Assembly: GCA_951406725.2 (NCBI GenBank)
Contig: OX597837.1
Location: 47,864,001-47,928,000, forward strand
Direction: 5' to 3'
Source: Octopus vulgaris
Lineage: Eukaryota
DNA: 64,000 nt
A program made the position numbers and the translations under genes. This document shows, in pieces, positions 13,220 through 26,293 of this stretch. Below the pieces are notes generated by a model, which searched no databases, had not been told where the DNA came from, and saw only the letters and a program-made list of their open reading frames with translations. The first letter of the stretch is position 1; the number at the start of each line of letters is the position of its first letter.

Positions 13220-14807
13220 GTGAGTTTTTCCCTCTCCTTTTATTTTATTTATTTTTGTTTTCTGTTATGTTGTTGTTGCTTTTGCAGTGGAAAAGAATGG
13301 AGTAAGATTGATTGCCCACCAGTTTTAACTGTATAAAGATATGACAACCTCTCAAGTGCTGATGCCTTGACAAAATGCATGCAGTCCACACTCTGTAAAG
13401 TGGTTGTTGATAAGAAAGGCATCCATCTATAAAAACTAGCACAAAAATGAAATGTACAAGTGAGGTTTAATCCTCCGATCTGAATAAAAACAGACTTGGA
13501 TGTTGGTGATCCTTTCAGCCCACAACAGTATGTAAAATAATAATGGTAGTGGTGGCAATGATGAATCACAAGTTTGTTCTGCTCAAGCAAAGCATTCCAG
13601 CCATGACCTCTGTCTTTTTTCATGCAGTAAACCAACATTATCCAATATTTTACCTTTAAGACAGTAGGACTTGATTTGAGCGTGGGTTGGCTCCTGTTTC
13701 TAGCAGGTTGAATGATCATTGGATTCTCTCACGGTTTATCTCCAGGTCACAGTCCAGATTCTATTGACTTATGATTAAAGGTGTTCCAGCTATGACCTGA
13801 AGTCCAGTAACTGAAAGCAATAAGATTACAACTCATGTTTCTAGGATTATAGTAACTAAAGTACCTTTCCTCTTTTTAAGACAGTAGGATGTGATTAAAG
13901 AGATTTGGTTAGTGTTTCTTGCAGATTGAATAACTGTGTAGAGCAAAGACTAGTATGAGGCCTTCTGAAGAAATATGTGGGGATTTTTGAATTTGAGAGA
14001 AAATCTTTGCCCACCTTGATGAAATTGAGTTCTGGAAGTGGTGTGTGTGTGGTGAACAGTACCAGAATTTTCGATTAGTGTCAAATAGAAACAAATCATT
14101 GTTAGATATCCACATAATTGGTATCAAGATTAGCTACTTTGTACTGGTGTTGAGTCATATTAAATGTAATCATCAACACAATCAACATTTAACATCCGTT
14201 TCCATGCTGGCATGGGTTGAATAGCTTGACAAGAACTAGCATGGCCAGGGGCTACACCAAGTTCCATAGTCTAAAAAGCTACAGTAACACCCCCCTCCTT
14301 TGTGGTTAGCTTTATTGAGATGGCTTTTATACTTTACATTTTAGAAATTATTTTTGTTAAAAAAGATGTACAAAACATAAACATTCATACTGGAAGTTGA
14401 CTCATTTAAAGTCAATTGGTTTTTACAGAAAAATAAGGGCTTAAATATAATGAAGTTGACTTTTATTTGTGCTGGAAGGTATAATGATTACATTTTCTGT
14501 ATAAATTTACTAAAACCATTAAATGGTTTACAACTTTTTGAAGTCTGACGTACATGCTGGTAATCACGGTCCAGGCCATATTTTACATATTTTACTTGGT
14601 AGAGTAAAGTGTCATCCAAGCTGATGTTTATTGGTAATTAAACTTAATTTTGCAACACCTGTACTTATTTATCAGCTTTGTTTTTATTGATAATTCTTAT
14701 CAGTAACTTTTCCTGTGATCATGGTTTGAGAAGATATACAGCAATATGCTAAAGATAGGACATAATCTCTTGTGGGCAAGAAATGTAAAATAAGGTTTAT
14801 TACAGAG

Positions 14808-17457
14808 AATGGACAGAGATTTAAGGACATGTTACTTGAAGCCTTTGACGAAGTAGAAGGGGATAGAATATCACATGGGGTAGAAGGTAACTGGACGTTT
14901 CTAAGGGACAACCTGCTGAGAGCCACTGACCAGATCTGTGGCTGGTGCAAAGTCCTCTCTCGTCCCAAAGTAACGTGGTGGTGGAACAATGTTGTAGACA
15001 GGGCTATTAGAGAAAAGAGACAGGCTTGGAAGGACTGGAAGAATGGTGGTAGCAGGGTATTGTATCAGACTGCCAAAAGGGAAGCTAGGAGACAGGTCTA
15101 TCTAGCCAGAGGGGAAGCAGATAAGAAAAAAATTGCCAATGTTCTGCGCCGTGAGGACCAAAGACTGGAGGTATTTCGTGTTGCAAGACAGTGTGTGAGA
15201 GAGAATTGTGATGTGGTAGGAGAGAAATGTGTTCGCATGGAAGATGGTACACTTGCGCTAAATGAGGATACAAAGAGAGAGGTTTGGAGACGCCACTATG
15301 AAAGGTTGCTGAATAAAGAAAATGAATGGGAGAAAGAGAGTCTGCTGAATGTCTACCCAACAGAGGGACCAGCTATCCGAGTTGACAGTTCCTTGGTAGT
15401 TAAGGCAATTAGAAGCATGAAGACAGGGAAAGCCCTGGGCCCATCAGGAATCACTGCAGAGATGCTCAAAATATCTGGTAGTGTTGGCTATAGCCTAGTC
15501 ACCCGTATAGTTAATCAGGTGATACACGAAGGAGTCATACCCAATGACTGGTGTAGCAGCATAATAGTCAACTGCTACAAAGGTAAAGGTGACGCCCTAG
15601 ATACAAATAATTACAGAGGTATCAAGCTGTTGAATCGGATAATGTAGGTTACGGAGAGGGTCATAGCCCAACTAATTAGAGAGAGGGTTAGTTTAGATGA
15701 GATGCAGTTTGGGTTCGTGCCAGGGAAAAGTACCACTGATGCTATATTCCTGGTAAGGCAGCTGCAGGAGAAATACCTAGCCTAAGATAAGTCCCCGTAC
15801 CTGGCTTTTGTTGACATGGAGAAAGCCTTCGACAGGGTCCTCCGATCACTTATCTGGTGGTCAATGAGGAAACTAGGGATAGATGAATGGTTAGTGAGAG
15901 CTGTGTGAGCCATGTACAGGGACGCTGCTAGTAAGGTGAGGGTTGGCAACGAGTACAGTGAAGAATTCCGGGTAGGGGTAGGGGTCCACCAAGGCTCAGT
16001 CCTCAGCCCTATCCTATTTATCATAGTCCTCCAGGCAATAACGGAGGAATTCAAAACAGGATGCCCCTGGGAGCTCCTCGATGCTGATGACCTTGCTCTA
16101 ATTGCTGAGTCACTATCAGAACTGGAGGAGAAGTTTCAGGTGTTGAAGCAAGGATTAGAATCGAAGGGACTTAGAGTCATTCTAGCTAAAACCAAAGTCC
16201 TAATAAGTAGGAACATAGACAAATCACAAACGCCTTCAGGTAGATGGCCCTGCTCGATCTGTAGAAAAGGTGTAGGTAGAAACTCTATAAGATGCACCAA
16301 GTGTAAGCTATGGACACATAAGAGGTGCAACAATGTCAAAGGAAGGCTAACTAGGAAGATAGTTTTCGTATGTGGCAGATGCTCAGGAGCAATAAACACT
16401 GAAAATGCTCTGAGACCAACTTCTGCCACATTCCAGGGAGAAAAACTGGAAATAGTTGATAGCTTCCGTTACCTAGGTGACCAAGTCAGTAGCAGGGGTG
16501 GGTGTGCTGAAAGTGTAACTGCTAGAGTAAGAATAGCTTGGGCAAAGTTCAGAGAGCTCTTACCCCTGCTGGTGACAAAAGGCCTCTTGCTCAGAGTAAA
16601 AGGCAGACTGTATGACGCGTGTGTACGGCAGTGAAACATGGGCCGTGACTGCTGAGGATATGCGTAAGCTCGTAAGAAATTAAGCCAGTATGCCACGATG
16701 GATGTGCAATGTCAGTGTTCATACTTGACAGAGTGTAAGTACCTTGAGAGAAAAGCTGGACCTAAGAAGCATCAGTTGTGGTGTGCAAGAGAGACGTTTG
16801 CGCTGGTATGGTCATGTGGCAAGAATGGATGAAGATAGTTGTGTGAAAAAGTGCCACACCCTAGCGGTTGAGGGAACCTGTGGAAGAGACAGACCCAGGA
16901 AAACCTGGGACGAGGTGGTGAAGCACGACCTTCAAACTTTATGTCTCACTGAGGAAATGACTAGAGACCGAGACCTTTGGAAGTATGCTGTGTGTGAGAA
17001 GACACGCCAGGACAAGTGAGACCATAACCCGTGGCATCTACACGGGATGTAGCCAGTCCACTTATGCATACCGTTCCTTCTTGGGACACAAAACTCTACT
17101 TGTGAAGACTTGTTGAGGCAAGTGAGAATTGAAATCGATCAACATCAATCGAAATTGCAGCTGTGATACTAGTGCCAGTGGCATGTAAAAGAGAACCATC
17201 TGAACATGGCCGTTGCCAGCGCTGGCACGTAAAAGGCACCATCTGTTTGTGGCCGTTGCCGGACTCGTCTGGCACGTAAAAAGCACCCACTACACTCACG
17301 GAGTGGTTGGCGTTAGGAAGGGCATCCAGCCGTAGAAACATTGCCAGATCAGACTGGGTCTGGTGCAGCCTTCTGGCTTCCCAGACCCCAGTTGAACCGT
17401 CCAACCCATGCTAGCATGGAAAGCGGACGCTAAACGATGATGATGATGATGATGATG
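14808..17457 (+). mobile_element. RTE-clade LINE, 5'-truncated (~2.65 kb), defective ORF2 with RT and embedded PHD finger
   Basis: ORF pieces with KALGPSGI, YKGKGD..NYRGIKLL, QFGF, DMEKAFD, GVHQGSVLSP, mutated YADD (DADD), FRYLG, RLRWYGHV; several stops/frameshifts; (GAT)n tail. Confidence 0.95.
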
Positions 17458-17459
17458 AA

Positions 17460-17700
17460 GATTATCAACCATCTTTTCAACAACAACATAGGGCACCTTT
17501 CTGAATTCCATATAACAAAAACTTGCAGATATGCTTATAAAATAAAAAAGCAACACTGCACCCATGACTTTCAGAGACTTTTTTCTATGCTCAGAATTGC
17601 TGAGGCATGGAATAAACTACTCCCATCAGTTGCTAGCTGTCGAGACACTACTTCCTTCAAAACTTCCATACTTCCTGAAATCCGCCAACAGTACACCTGA
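17460..17700 (+). mobile_element. CR1-like LINE 3' remnant
   Basis: ...LFSMLRIAEAWNKLLPSVASCRDTTSFK resembles the CR1 ORF2 C-terminus (FS.R....WN.LP). Confidence 0.55.
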
Positions 17701-19002
17701 TGGCTTTTTTTCTTTTTAAGTTGTAGTGCTCCTGAGCACTATATACAACAATTTCCTTCATTATATCATATATACATGCTCACAATTTGTTAAATAATAC
17801 TTTGGTTATTTCCGGTTATGCGGAGACACACAAACAACCAGTCTTATACAGGTACGTGCATGTGTGCACGCACAAACACGCAGCCTCATACAGTTACATG
17901 CATGCAAACACACACAATAAATTTTTCATTTTTTTATTTTTATTATTGGAATGTTAAAGTTGAGGGAAGAGGAGGGTATGCCAGGTAGCTAAAGCAGACT
18001 GCTATTGTCAGTCTCATAAAGGAGGAGAAGGAGGGTATACCGAGCGAGTAAAATGGATGGACATGTGTCAGTCCCACAAAACTGATTTTATTTATATAGA
18101 CAACACAAACACTTTGTAATATAATAGCTTTCAATGTGATACCAGTTAAACAGAAATTATTTTTATTTAATGAAAATTTAATAAAATCTAATTATAAGTG
18201 AGTGAAATTATGCTAAATACACCTAGATTGAAAACCTCTTTCCCCTGGCCTTATCAGCAATTCTGAAAACTTTTGGGTGTGAATTTTACATGAGTAGAAG
18301 TTTTTTTTAACAACTTTTATCCTGAAAATCACCTGCATAAATTACATAGGTGTGCAAATTACATGGGTTATTACAGTATACATATAACAAAGTTTTCAAT
18401 TTTCATCTAACAGTTCCACTCACAAAGCATTATTCACCCTAGGATTATGTCATAAATGACATTTGCTTAAGATTCCAAAGCTGGAACCATGTGGTTGAGA
18501 AGCAAAATTTGATTTTTAACATATTGTTAGAATAAAATTCTATGAATAATTTTGTAAATAACCTTATTTTTAATGGTCTAAGTTTCGAATATGCCTCGGC
18601 TGTTTGTTTTTATCCTCTCTATTGATAAATAAGTATCCTCAGTAAAGTACTGAGATCCATTTAATAAATTGTTCCCTTCTTTACTACCAAAGTTTGTGAT
18701 AATTGGATTGGCAGAATTATTACACCAACAGATAAAATGCCTTTTGGTATTTAGTTATAACGTATTATGTTCCAAGTTCAAATCTCGTTGATTTCAACTT
18801 TACTTTTCATCACCTCCAGGGTCAATAAAATAAAGTACCAGTCAACTACTGAGGTCAATATAATTGATTTACCCTTTTCTTCCAAATTTCAGGCTTTTTT
18901 TTTCATTTTTGTAAGTTATTATTATCGAGACTAGATATCAGTATGTCAGTATGTTTATTAAAATTTTTTGCTTCTATTTACCTTCTACCAATATCTTACT
19001 AG

Positions 19003-19068
19003 CGGCTGATGAAGAGTTATTTGAAGACAACCCAGACGAGTACATTCGTCGAGATATTGAAGGATCAG
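19003..19068 (+). CDS. CSE1L: Exportin-2 exon e
   Basis: tag|CGGCTGAT...TCAG|gtgagt; ADEELFEDNPDEYIRRDIEGS (highly conserved CSE1 motif); phase 1/1. Confidence 0.96.
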
Positions 19069-20246
19069 GTGAGTGCTTTTCATTATATCAACTCCTTGTA
19101 ATCACAATATTGTTGTACTTCATGTCATATTTTGGAGCTGCTTTGGTGAACTCTTGTGAAATTATGATGTATTGTTTTTTTATTTTATTGGCATTACATT
19201 CACCTCCTTGTATATTGAGGCTACCTCCTCTACAACAGCCTGCTTCTGTAACCTGCATTGCAATTTAATCTTTCATCACCTGACACAAAACCATCTCCCT
19301 TAGTATCAAACTTCCTCTTAGTTGAGGGTTTTTGTCTAACCCTAGTCCAAATTACAAGGTGACCATGCCAGTGCTGATATCATTTAAAAAGCACCCAGTA
19401 CACCCGATAAAGTGGTTGGTGTCAGGAAAGGCTTCAAGTTGTAGAAATCATGGCCAAACTGATTTACCTACTCCTGTCAAACTGTCCAACCCATGCCAAC
19501 ATGGAAAATGGACGTTAAAGGATGATGATTCCTAAGTCTTGGCATTGCTATACTGCCATATCATATTACTGTACTCTCATGTTACACTTCTGCATCATTG
19601 AATACTCCCATATTAGTTCAGAGTTCTATTTCTGCATCATTGTGTCCATGACTACAGTACTCTGTTCCTCTTGTTCCTGGTGTCATGCCATAATATTCTC
19701 ATTGTGCTATTGTACTCTACTCTTTTGTTAATGTTCCTATTGTCATTATTGTACTCTTGTATTTCATGTCCCTCTATGCAGAGTCATATCAATGTACTTT
19801 GTTTATCCTTGTGTGATTTCTTGCACTCAAACAAGAGCAGGTGCCAGTCGTTCAGTGAATTGATGGTATCTATTGCTCCTCATTAACAACTTAGTGAACT
19901 GAAATCATTGAGCATAAGTGGTTTCTACATGTCCTAAGCCAGTAGGAGGCTCCTTTATGTGGACTCTCAGCATGCTAGAAGTAGCAACTGAATTTGCTTG
20001 TACAAGACATGTAGGTGGTAGAGTTTGTGGAGCTGGTGGATTTTATTGAAACATTGGTAGTTATAGAGGTGGTGGTGGTGGGGAATGAATAAGTGATGTT
20101 TGAGGTTGTAGGAATGTTGTGGGGGATAGAGGTGAGGAGGATGTAGAGGGGTGATGCAGCAAAAAAAGTTGTAAACATGTGAAGATGCTTAAATGGTAGC
20201 TGAATATTTTTTTTTCCTTTCATCACCGTTTTTGTTCATTTGGTAG

Positions 20247-20356
20247 ATATTGATACACGGCGCCGTGCTGCTTGTGATCTGGTGCAGGCTTTGTGTAAGA
20301 TCTTTGAAGAACCAGTCATTCAAAACTTCTCCCAATACATCCAAGCTTTACTTCAG
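20247..20356 (+). CDS. CSE1L: Exportin-2 exon f
   Basis: tag|ATATTGAT...CTTCAG|gtttgt; DIDTRRRAACDLVQALCKIFEEPVIQNFSQYIQALLQ. Confidence 0.96.
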
Positions 20357-20617
20357 GTTTGTTGTTGCTGTTGGTATTATATATTTATTTATGAATGTCC
20401 CCAGTTCATTTCTCTCTTTTTCTTTTTTTTATATATATTCCTATATTTCAATTTTGTATTTAGCTTATAATAATCATTTTTTTAGTTGGTTGGGAGTATC
20501 ATCTTCAGTCAATAGTAGCATGTTTGTCTAGCGGTGATGTAATATCTTCAGTTATATACACACACATACACACACTCTCTCTCTCTCTCATATATATATA
20601 TCTGTCCCTTATTTCAG

Positions 20618-20710
20618 CAATACTCCAGTAACCCAACAGCCAACTGGAAATGTAAAGACACTGCCATTTATCTTGTCACATCTTTGGTGTCAAAAGGTCA
20701 AACACAAAAG
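20618..20710 (+). CDS. CSE1L: Exportin-2 exon g
   Basis: cag|CAATAC...CAAAAG|gtaaac; QYSSNPTANWKCKDTAIYLVTSLVSKGQTQK. Confidence 0.95.
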
Positions 20711-21324
20711 GTAAACTACTACTTCTACCTATGTTCTATTTCGTTTTCATCTGTTGCTTGTGTAGGTCAGTATATTGATATGTTTAGACTATAATTTTAG
20801 CAGTTCACCTCACTGAGATGTCTGGTGATGCCCCTTGTAGGTGCTTGGCTGTTCCAATGCCCTGCTCTCATTATCACCAGCTCTAATGCCACAAGTGTAT
20901 TGACTTGCTTCAGTAGGTTCCGTTGAACCTACTCTGGTCTGTGACTTATCAATGTACTTAATGTTGAATCAATATTTTTTCTTTCTTCCTCTTTTTCTTC
21001 TTTTTTTTTTTACTCTTTTTTTTCCTTTGCTCATGATTGTGTTTTCTTTGGTTTTGTATTTATGTGGATTATTTATATAATTAAGTATGTGTAGCTTTTA
21101 TGTATGAGAATAAAAATTCCTTATTGTATTTTGAATCTATGTATATATTGTGTGTCAACTGTGCTTGATTGTGTACATGTGTTTAGGCTGTGCAATTTTG
21201 AGTCTATATTTAGTGGTGTGCTTTATACTGTACAGTTTTGAATGCGAATAGTGTACAGATGTGTTTAGATTGTATCAGTATTTGTAAATTACTGAAGTCA
21301 TGTGATCTCTGACATATTTTTCAG

Positions 21325-21409
21325 CATGGAATCACACAGACAAGTTCTTTGGTAAACATCACAGATTTCTATCAGACTTATATATTAACAGACTTACAGT
21401 CTGCTGATG
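21325..21409 (+). CDS. CSE1L: Exportin-2 exon h
   Basis: cag|CATGGA...GATG|gtgagt; HGITQTSSLVNITDFYQTYILTDLQSAD. Confidence 0.93.
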
Positions 21410-22950
21410 GTGAGTGGATATTTCGTATCATTATTCCTTCTCTTGTCCTTTCTTTCTCTTTTGTTTCTGTTTGACTTTGAGTCATCCCTTGTTGTTAATT
21501 AGGCTTCGGGTCAGCATTGGAAGCCCAGAGAAGGGTGATGATGAGCTGGTTTTCTGCTTTTGAATTCACCTTAAAAATGTTGGATGGTTCATCAAGCAAA
21601 CTATGTCCAATCCACTTGTGATATAATATGTTGTTGTGTAGCCCCAGTTCAATCCTAAATCAGGAGTTGATGTACAGGTCTATTGCTCCAAAGATAGCAT
21701 GCCTCAGTCTTATGTTAGTTTCTTATATTGAGCTCTTGTCATCTCCACCTTATTATTGTCACGGTTTTTATGTAAATTCAGGTCAGCTCTAATTAGGTAG
21801 ACCTGAGATATATGAATATTCTGTTGAATAATTCTTCGACCTAGCTGGCACCAACACCTGCACTTAGCTGGCACACCACTCCTTCTTATTATCTAGTTGA
21901 TATTCACACTTCTACTTGGCTGGCAGCCATACATGCACTCTGACATGCTATAGTGAAATGTATGGAATACAGTATGACAATATACTCCTGTTGTACTCTC
22001 TCCATTGTCTAGTCTGTCTCTGTATATCAACAGATTCTGGCAGGAATAGGTAGGGTGGTATCAAAGTGTAATGGTTACTCTTTCCTTGCACTTACTATTG
22101 GTACTGTGCATCTGAGCACAGTGTTTAGAAGTTAAAGAGGCGTAATACTTCAGTTATTTCTATGTGTATATCAATTTCTTTTGATGCTTGTCTGGGCTGA
22201 GTGAGAGATGCTACTGTTGTAATAGTGTGTTGGGGCGTTGAGAATGCATATGGATGTTTGGTGATAGATTTTCTTGTAGAGAAAAAGGACTCTGGGAACC
22301 GAAGCATGCCATGGCAACAATCTCTGCTCCTTGCATGTCTAGACCGTCTTTCTTTTGAGTATTTTCATTTAGCTAGTGGTTCGTGATGATACAAAGTGAG
22401 CTGTTTTAGGTTTATTTATTTACTTTTGTTTAGTCTCTGACCAATCTGGATTAATCAAGACTGAGATTCAAGACATTTCAGCCATGACAGTTTCATTTTT
22501 TTCTTAAATTCAGACTACATTGGGTAATGTATCCGAACCTTTCTTTAAAGATAGTAGTGAGTTGAGGAATTTGGTTGCTATTTCTTGTAAGTCAAGCAAC
22601 CATCTTTAGCCTCTGTGGTTTTCTTTACATTTTCTTGAAATATTTAAATTGAAGGAGTTCTAAATGTTATTATATTTACTTACTCCTAACAACATTAGTA
22701 AAAACAAATCATCACTGTAACTGCCACCACCACCACCACCATCACTATCATCATTATTGCTTTTCTTATGTTTCCTTTTTCTATGCTGGTATGGGTTGGG
22801 AGAATATTCTACAATTGTCATGTCTTTGCATTGTTGAACTACCAAGCTGTGAGGCATTTTGTTTAAACAGGATATAAACAATGTCACTGCATCCAAGTGT
22901 TCATCTATCTGTCTGTCTATCTAATTGCTCTGTGTCTCTATCTCTTTCAG

Positions 22951-23012
22951 TCAACACTCAAAGTATCCTCAAAGCTGATGCCCTCAAATATGTTATGATT
23001 TTCCGAACACAG
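22951..23012 (+). CDS. CSE1L: Exportin-2 exon i
   Basis: cag|TCAACACT...ACACAG|gtaagt; VNTQSILKADALKYVMIFRTQ (LKAD..KY..FR motif). Confidence 0.94.
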
Positions 23013-24105
23013 GTAAGTCTCATATACAAATATGAGTGAAGTTTTATTTTGCTGGTATCTGTATGTATGAAATCAGTGGTTCCCAGGTTAGAGATGGTTA
23101 TAATTCTGAAAGGTCACAAAAGCAAAATATAAAAGTCCCAGCAAAGTCAAAAGTAACATGGTGGTTGACATGATGGTGACGACTAAGTGACTGGTTTGGA
23201 AAACTTAGAAGGAAGGTGATAGTAGGGAGTTTTACCAAATAGAAGGGCAGCTAGGTGATTGGTGTACTTTGTTAAAGGTGAGGCAGAAAGCAAGAGATTT
23301 GTCATGTCCTGTAATGTGAAGATAAGAGGAAAAAAGTGTTGAGGATTGTGAAGCAGTGAGAGAACTGAAATGTCATTGGTACCTTCATTATGATGAAGAC
23401 AAGAAAGTGGTGTGGAAGTGCCATTATGATACCTGATTAATTTACTAATACTGGGCTGAGTAAGTTAATCTGGTATCTAAAAGTTCAGGATAAACAATTT
23501 AATTTGGAATGGAATATTCCCTCTATTTCTTTACCTTATGACAAAGGTAAATTTTTTTGCTCTCTTTGTAATGGTGAAATGTTTTTTATCCTATTCTCAA
23601 AGAATCCCCTTGTAAACAGGTTTATAGAATGCATTTATCATTGCCAACATTGGCAGAAACATACCTTTAGTTCCTATAAGTGATTTCTAATATTCTATAG
23701 AATTTGAACTTTGACTGTCCTCTTACATTGCACTTCCACTAAATATATCTACTTCCATGCCTTTAAGCTTTATTCTGATTCACCTATCACTCTATATCTC
23801 CCCACTATTAGCTTTCTGCTAATTTCTTTCTTTCTCCTCCTCTTTCTATAGACTACCTTTGACGTTATATCTACTAACAGTTTAAAAAAAAAAAAACTTG
23901 ATAGTGTTCCCTTCATCATATATGCAGTCATAGCATTCTGTTTAAATGTCTTATTGATGTGTTTGGTTTCTTTCTTTCCCTGATGACAAGATTGCATTGT
24001 TTTACACCATTTTATTCCTTCTGGAATAATACCAATGTTGTCTTCGAAACATATATTGGAAGTAAAAGAATTTAAATAACACCTGCGTTTAATTCCATTT
24101 ATTTA

Positions 24106-24647
24106 TCTATCTATATTATGCAAAACATTTCACCTTAACCTGGATTTTCTACTTTTATAAATAGGTTGTTATATCCTTGTTACTTGTGTGAATTTTTGCT
24201 ACTCTGGTAACTGTTTATTTATGTTATTGTGTTGCATTTGTTAAATAATTATAAACCGTAACCCTCCCCCTTTCGGAGAAGGGGCTTTGGTTATTGTTTT
24301 AAAATTGAATTGTGTCCCTGTTTGGGGAAATTGACAATATTTTCAACGTCTTTACGGAAGCATTTTTGTTAAAATGCCTTCGATAGAAGAAAGTCCAAAA
24401 ATGAATTTCGCTGCAGCCGTACACTTCTATACAAGAGGGAGGACAAGATCCAATTGATTGAAATTGCAAGAGACGGGCCTACAATTCCAGTCTGTTATAT
24501 ATTTTGAGTATTGTTATCACTTGCGATATCAAGATATAACTTTCTATTTTGTATTTTATGTGTAGATGTATATATATATATAGATGTACATGTAATATGT
24601 ACACATATATATATACACATATATACATGCATAATATATCTACCCAT

Positions 24648-24678
<31 letters not shown>

Positions 24679-26021
24679 TAGGGGCAGGTGTGGCTGTGTG
24701 GTAACAAACTACGTTCGAAGATACTGTACTTGACATAGGCGGTAGTGCCTTGCCAGTCTATGGCCTACCTTCAACAAACCAGGAAGGCACAAACACTCTG
24801 TCTTCACATTTGCTGCATGAGACATGTTTTAATGTTGACGAGCTTGTCGAGTACATAGCCGACAATGAGCCAAAGCTCCTTCCAGAACAGAAGTTCGCTT
24901 ACAACTCCGTTGTTAATTCAGTCCGGGCCAAAGCTGTGGGGATATTTTTCCTGGACGCTCCTGGGGGCACTGGGAAAACTTTTCTCAACAAATCAATATT
25001 GGCTGAGACATTGCCACAAGACATTGCCCTAGCTGTGGCATCATCTGGAATTGCGGCTACTTTGTTGCCAGGCGGCAGGAGAGCTCACTCCATTTTCAAG
25101 CTTCCGCTTGACTTAGTGAAGACTGAGACACCAACTTGCAACATCAGTAACAGCTCCGATCAGGCAGAAGTCTTCAGACGATGCAAGCTTATCGTTTGGG
25201 ATGAATGCACGATGGCCCACAGAGGTGCTCTTGAGACACTAGATAGATCTCTCAGAGACATCAAACACTCTTCAGCTCCCATGGGAGGCATAACACTTCT
25301 TTCAGGGGACTTCCGACAAACACTTCCCGTTATTCCCAAAAGGACTAGAACTGATGCAGTAAGTGCATGTCTTAAGTCATCCACATTGTGGCCACTGGTG
25401 AAGACTCTCCAACTTCACACCAATATGCGTGCTCATATGCGACGTAATATCACATCAGCAGCATTTTCTCACACCCTCCTTGCACTTGGTGAAGGCAAAA
25501 TACCAGGAGATGAAAATGGTAATATTGCCATCGATTCCATTTGTACCATTGTTAAAATGCCTTCTGATCTCAGAGACGCAGTGTTCCCAGATCTACAAGC
25601 TAATTATCAGAATATGGATTGGATTGGCCAAAAGGCTATACTGGCCCTGAGGAATAAAACTGTTCACCATATTAATGATGAAATGCTAAAACTCATTCCT
25701 GGGGATGTCTATGTATATAAGTCTATCGATACAACTCCTGACCCAGAGGACGTCATCAACTATCCAATAGAGGTACTCAATTCCTTTGAGCCCCCCGGAC
25801 TACCACCACACATTCTCAAACTTAAAGTTGGTGCCCCTATAATGCTCATTAGAAATTTGGTTCCCCCAAAACAATGCAATGGCACACGTTTGATCGTTAA
25901 GTCCTTATCTCCCACCGTAAACTTATATCAATATTTGCCTGAATAATCATCATAATTCAATGCAATCATTAACAGTACTTTCAAGCAATTCAGCCCCGAG
26001 CATCGCCGGGCAATTCTGCTA

Positions 26022-26022
<1 letters not shown>
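24106..26022 (+). mobile_element. Helitron deletion derivative carrying a PIF1-family helicase segment
   Basis: 3' GC hairpin (gccccgagcatcgccgggc, about 25993-26011) then CTAG (26019-26022) followed by T; the 5' TC start at 24106 is tentative. Confidence 0.8.
24750..25946 (+). pseudogene. Helitron PIF1-like SF1B helicase, open 398-aa fragment
   Basis: FLDAPGGTGKT (Walker A), AVASSGIAATLL, IVWDE, GDFRQTLPV, LHTNMR, LKLKVGAPIMLIRN, CNGTRL; lacks the Rep domain and terminal helicase motifs. Confidence 0.88.
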
Positions 26023-26058
<36 letters not shown>

Positions 26059-26156
26059 TACATATACACACACAAGTGCACATACACTCACATGCACACA
26101 CACACAATAAATTTTAACTACATTATACTTATTGAGTGCATCTGTTGTTGTTGCAG

Positions 26157-26293
26157 TTACAAAGGGAGGCACTCATTGCTTGTATCCCCCATATCATTCG
26201 ACATATGGCAGCTGAAAGCCCTGTGGTGCATACTTATGCTGCACATTGTATTGAACGGCTGCTGACTGTAAAGAATGCCCAGAATACTGCTAT
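26157..26293 (+). CDS. CSE1L: Exportin-2 exon j (followed by GC donor)
   Basis: cag|TTACAA...GCTAT|gcaagt; LQREALIACIPHIIRHMAAESPVVHTYAAHCIERLLTVKNAQNTA(M); the phase-2 end needed by the next exon is met by the GC donor. Confidence 0.9.

Noticed and set aside
15085-16696. Antisense ORFs over the RTE element
   Set aside because: Shadow frames of the RT coding strand with no independent motifs
24750-25946. Host PIF1 DNA helicase gene nested in an intron
   Set aside because: Intronless, truncated at both ends and followed by a Helitron hairpin-CTAG terminus
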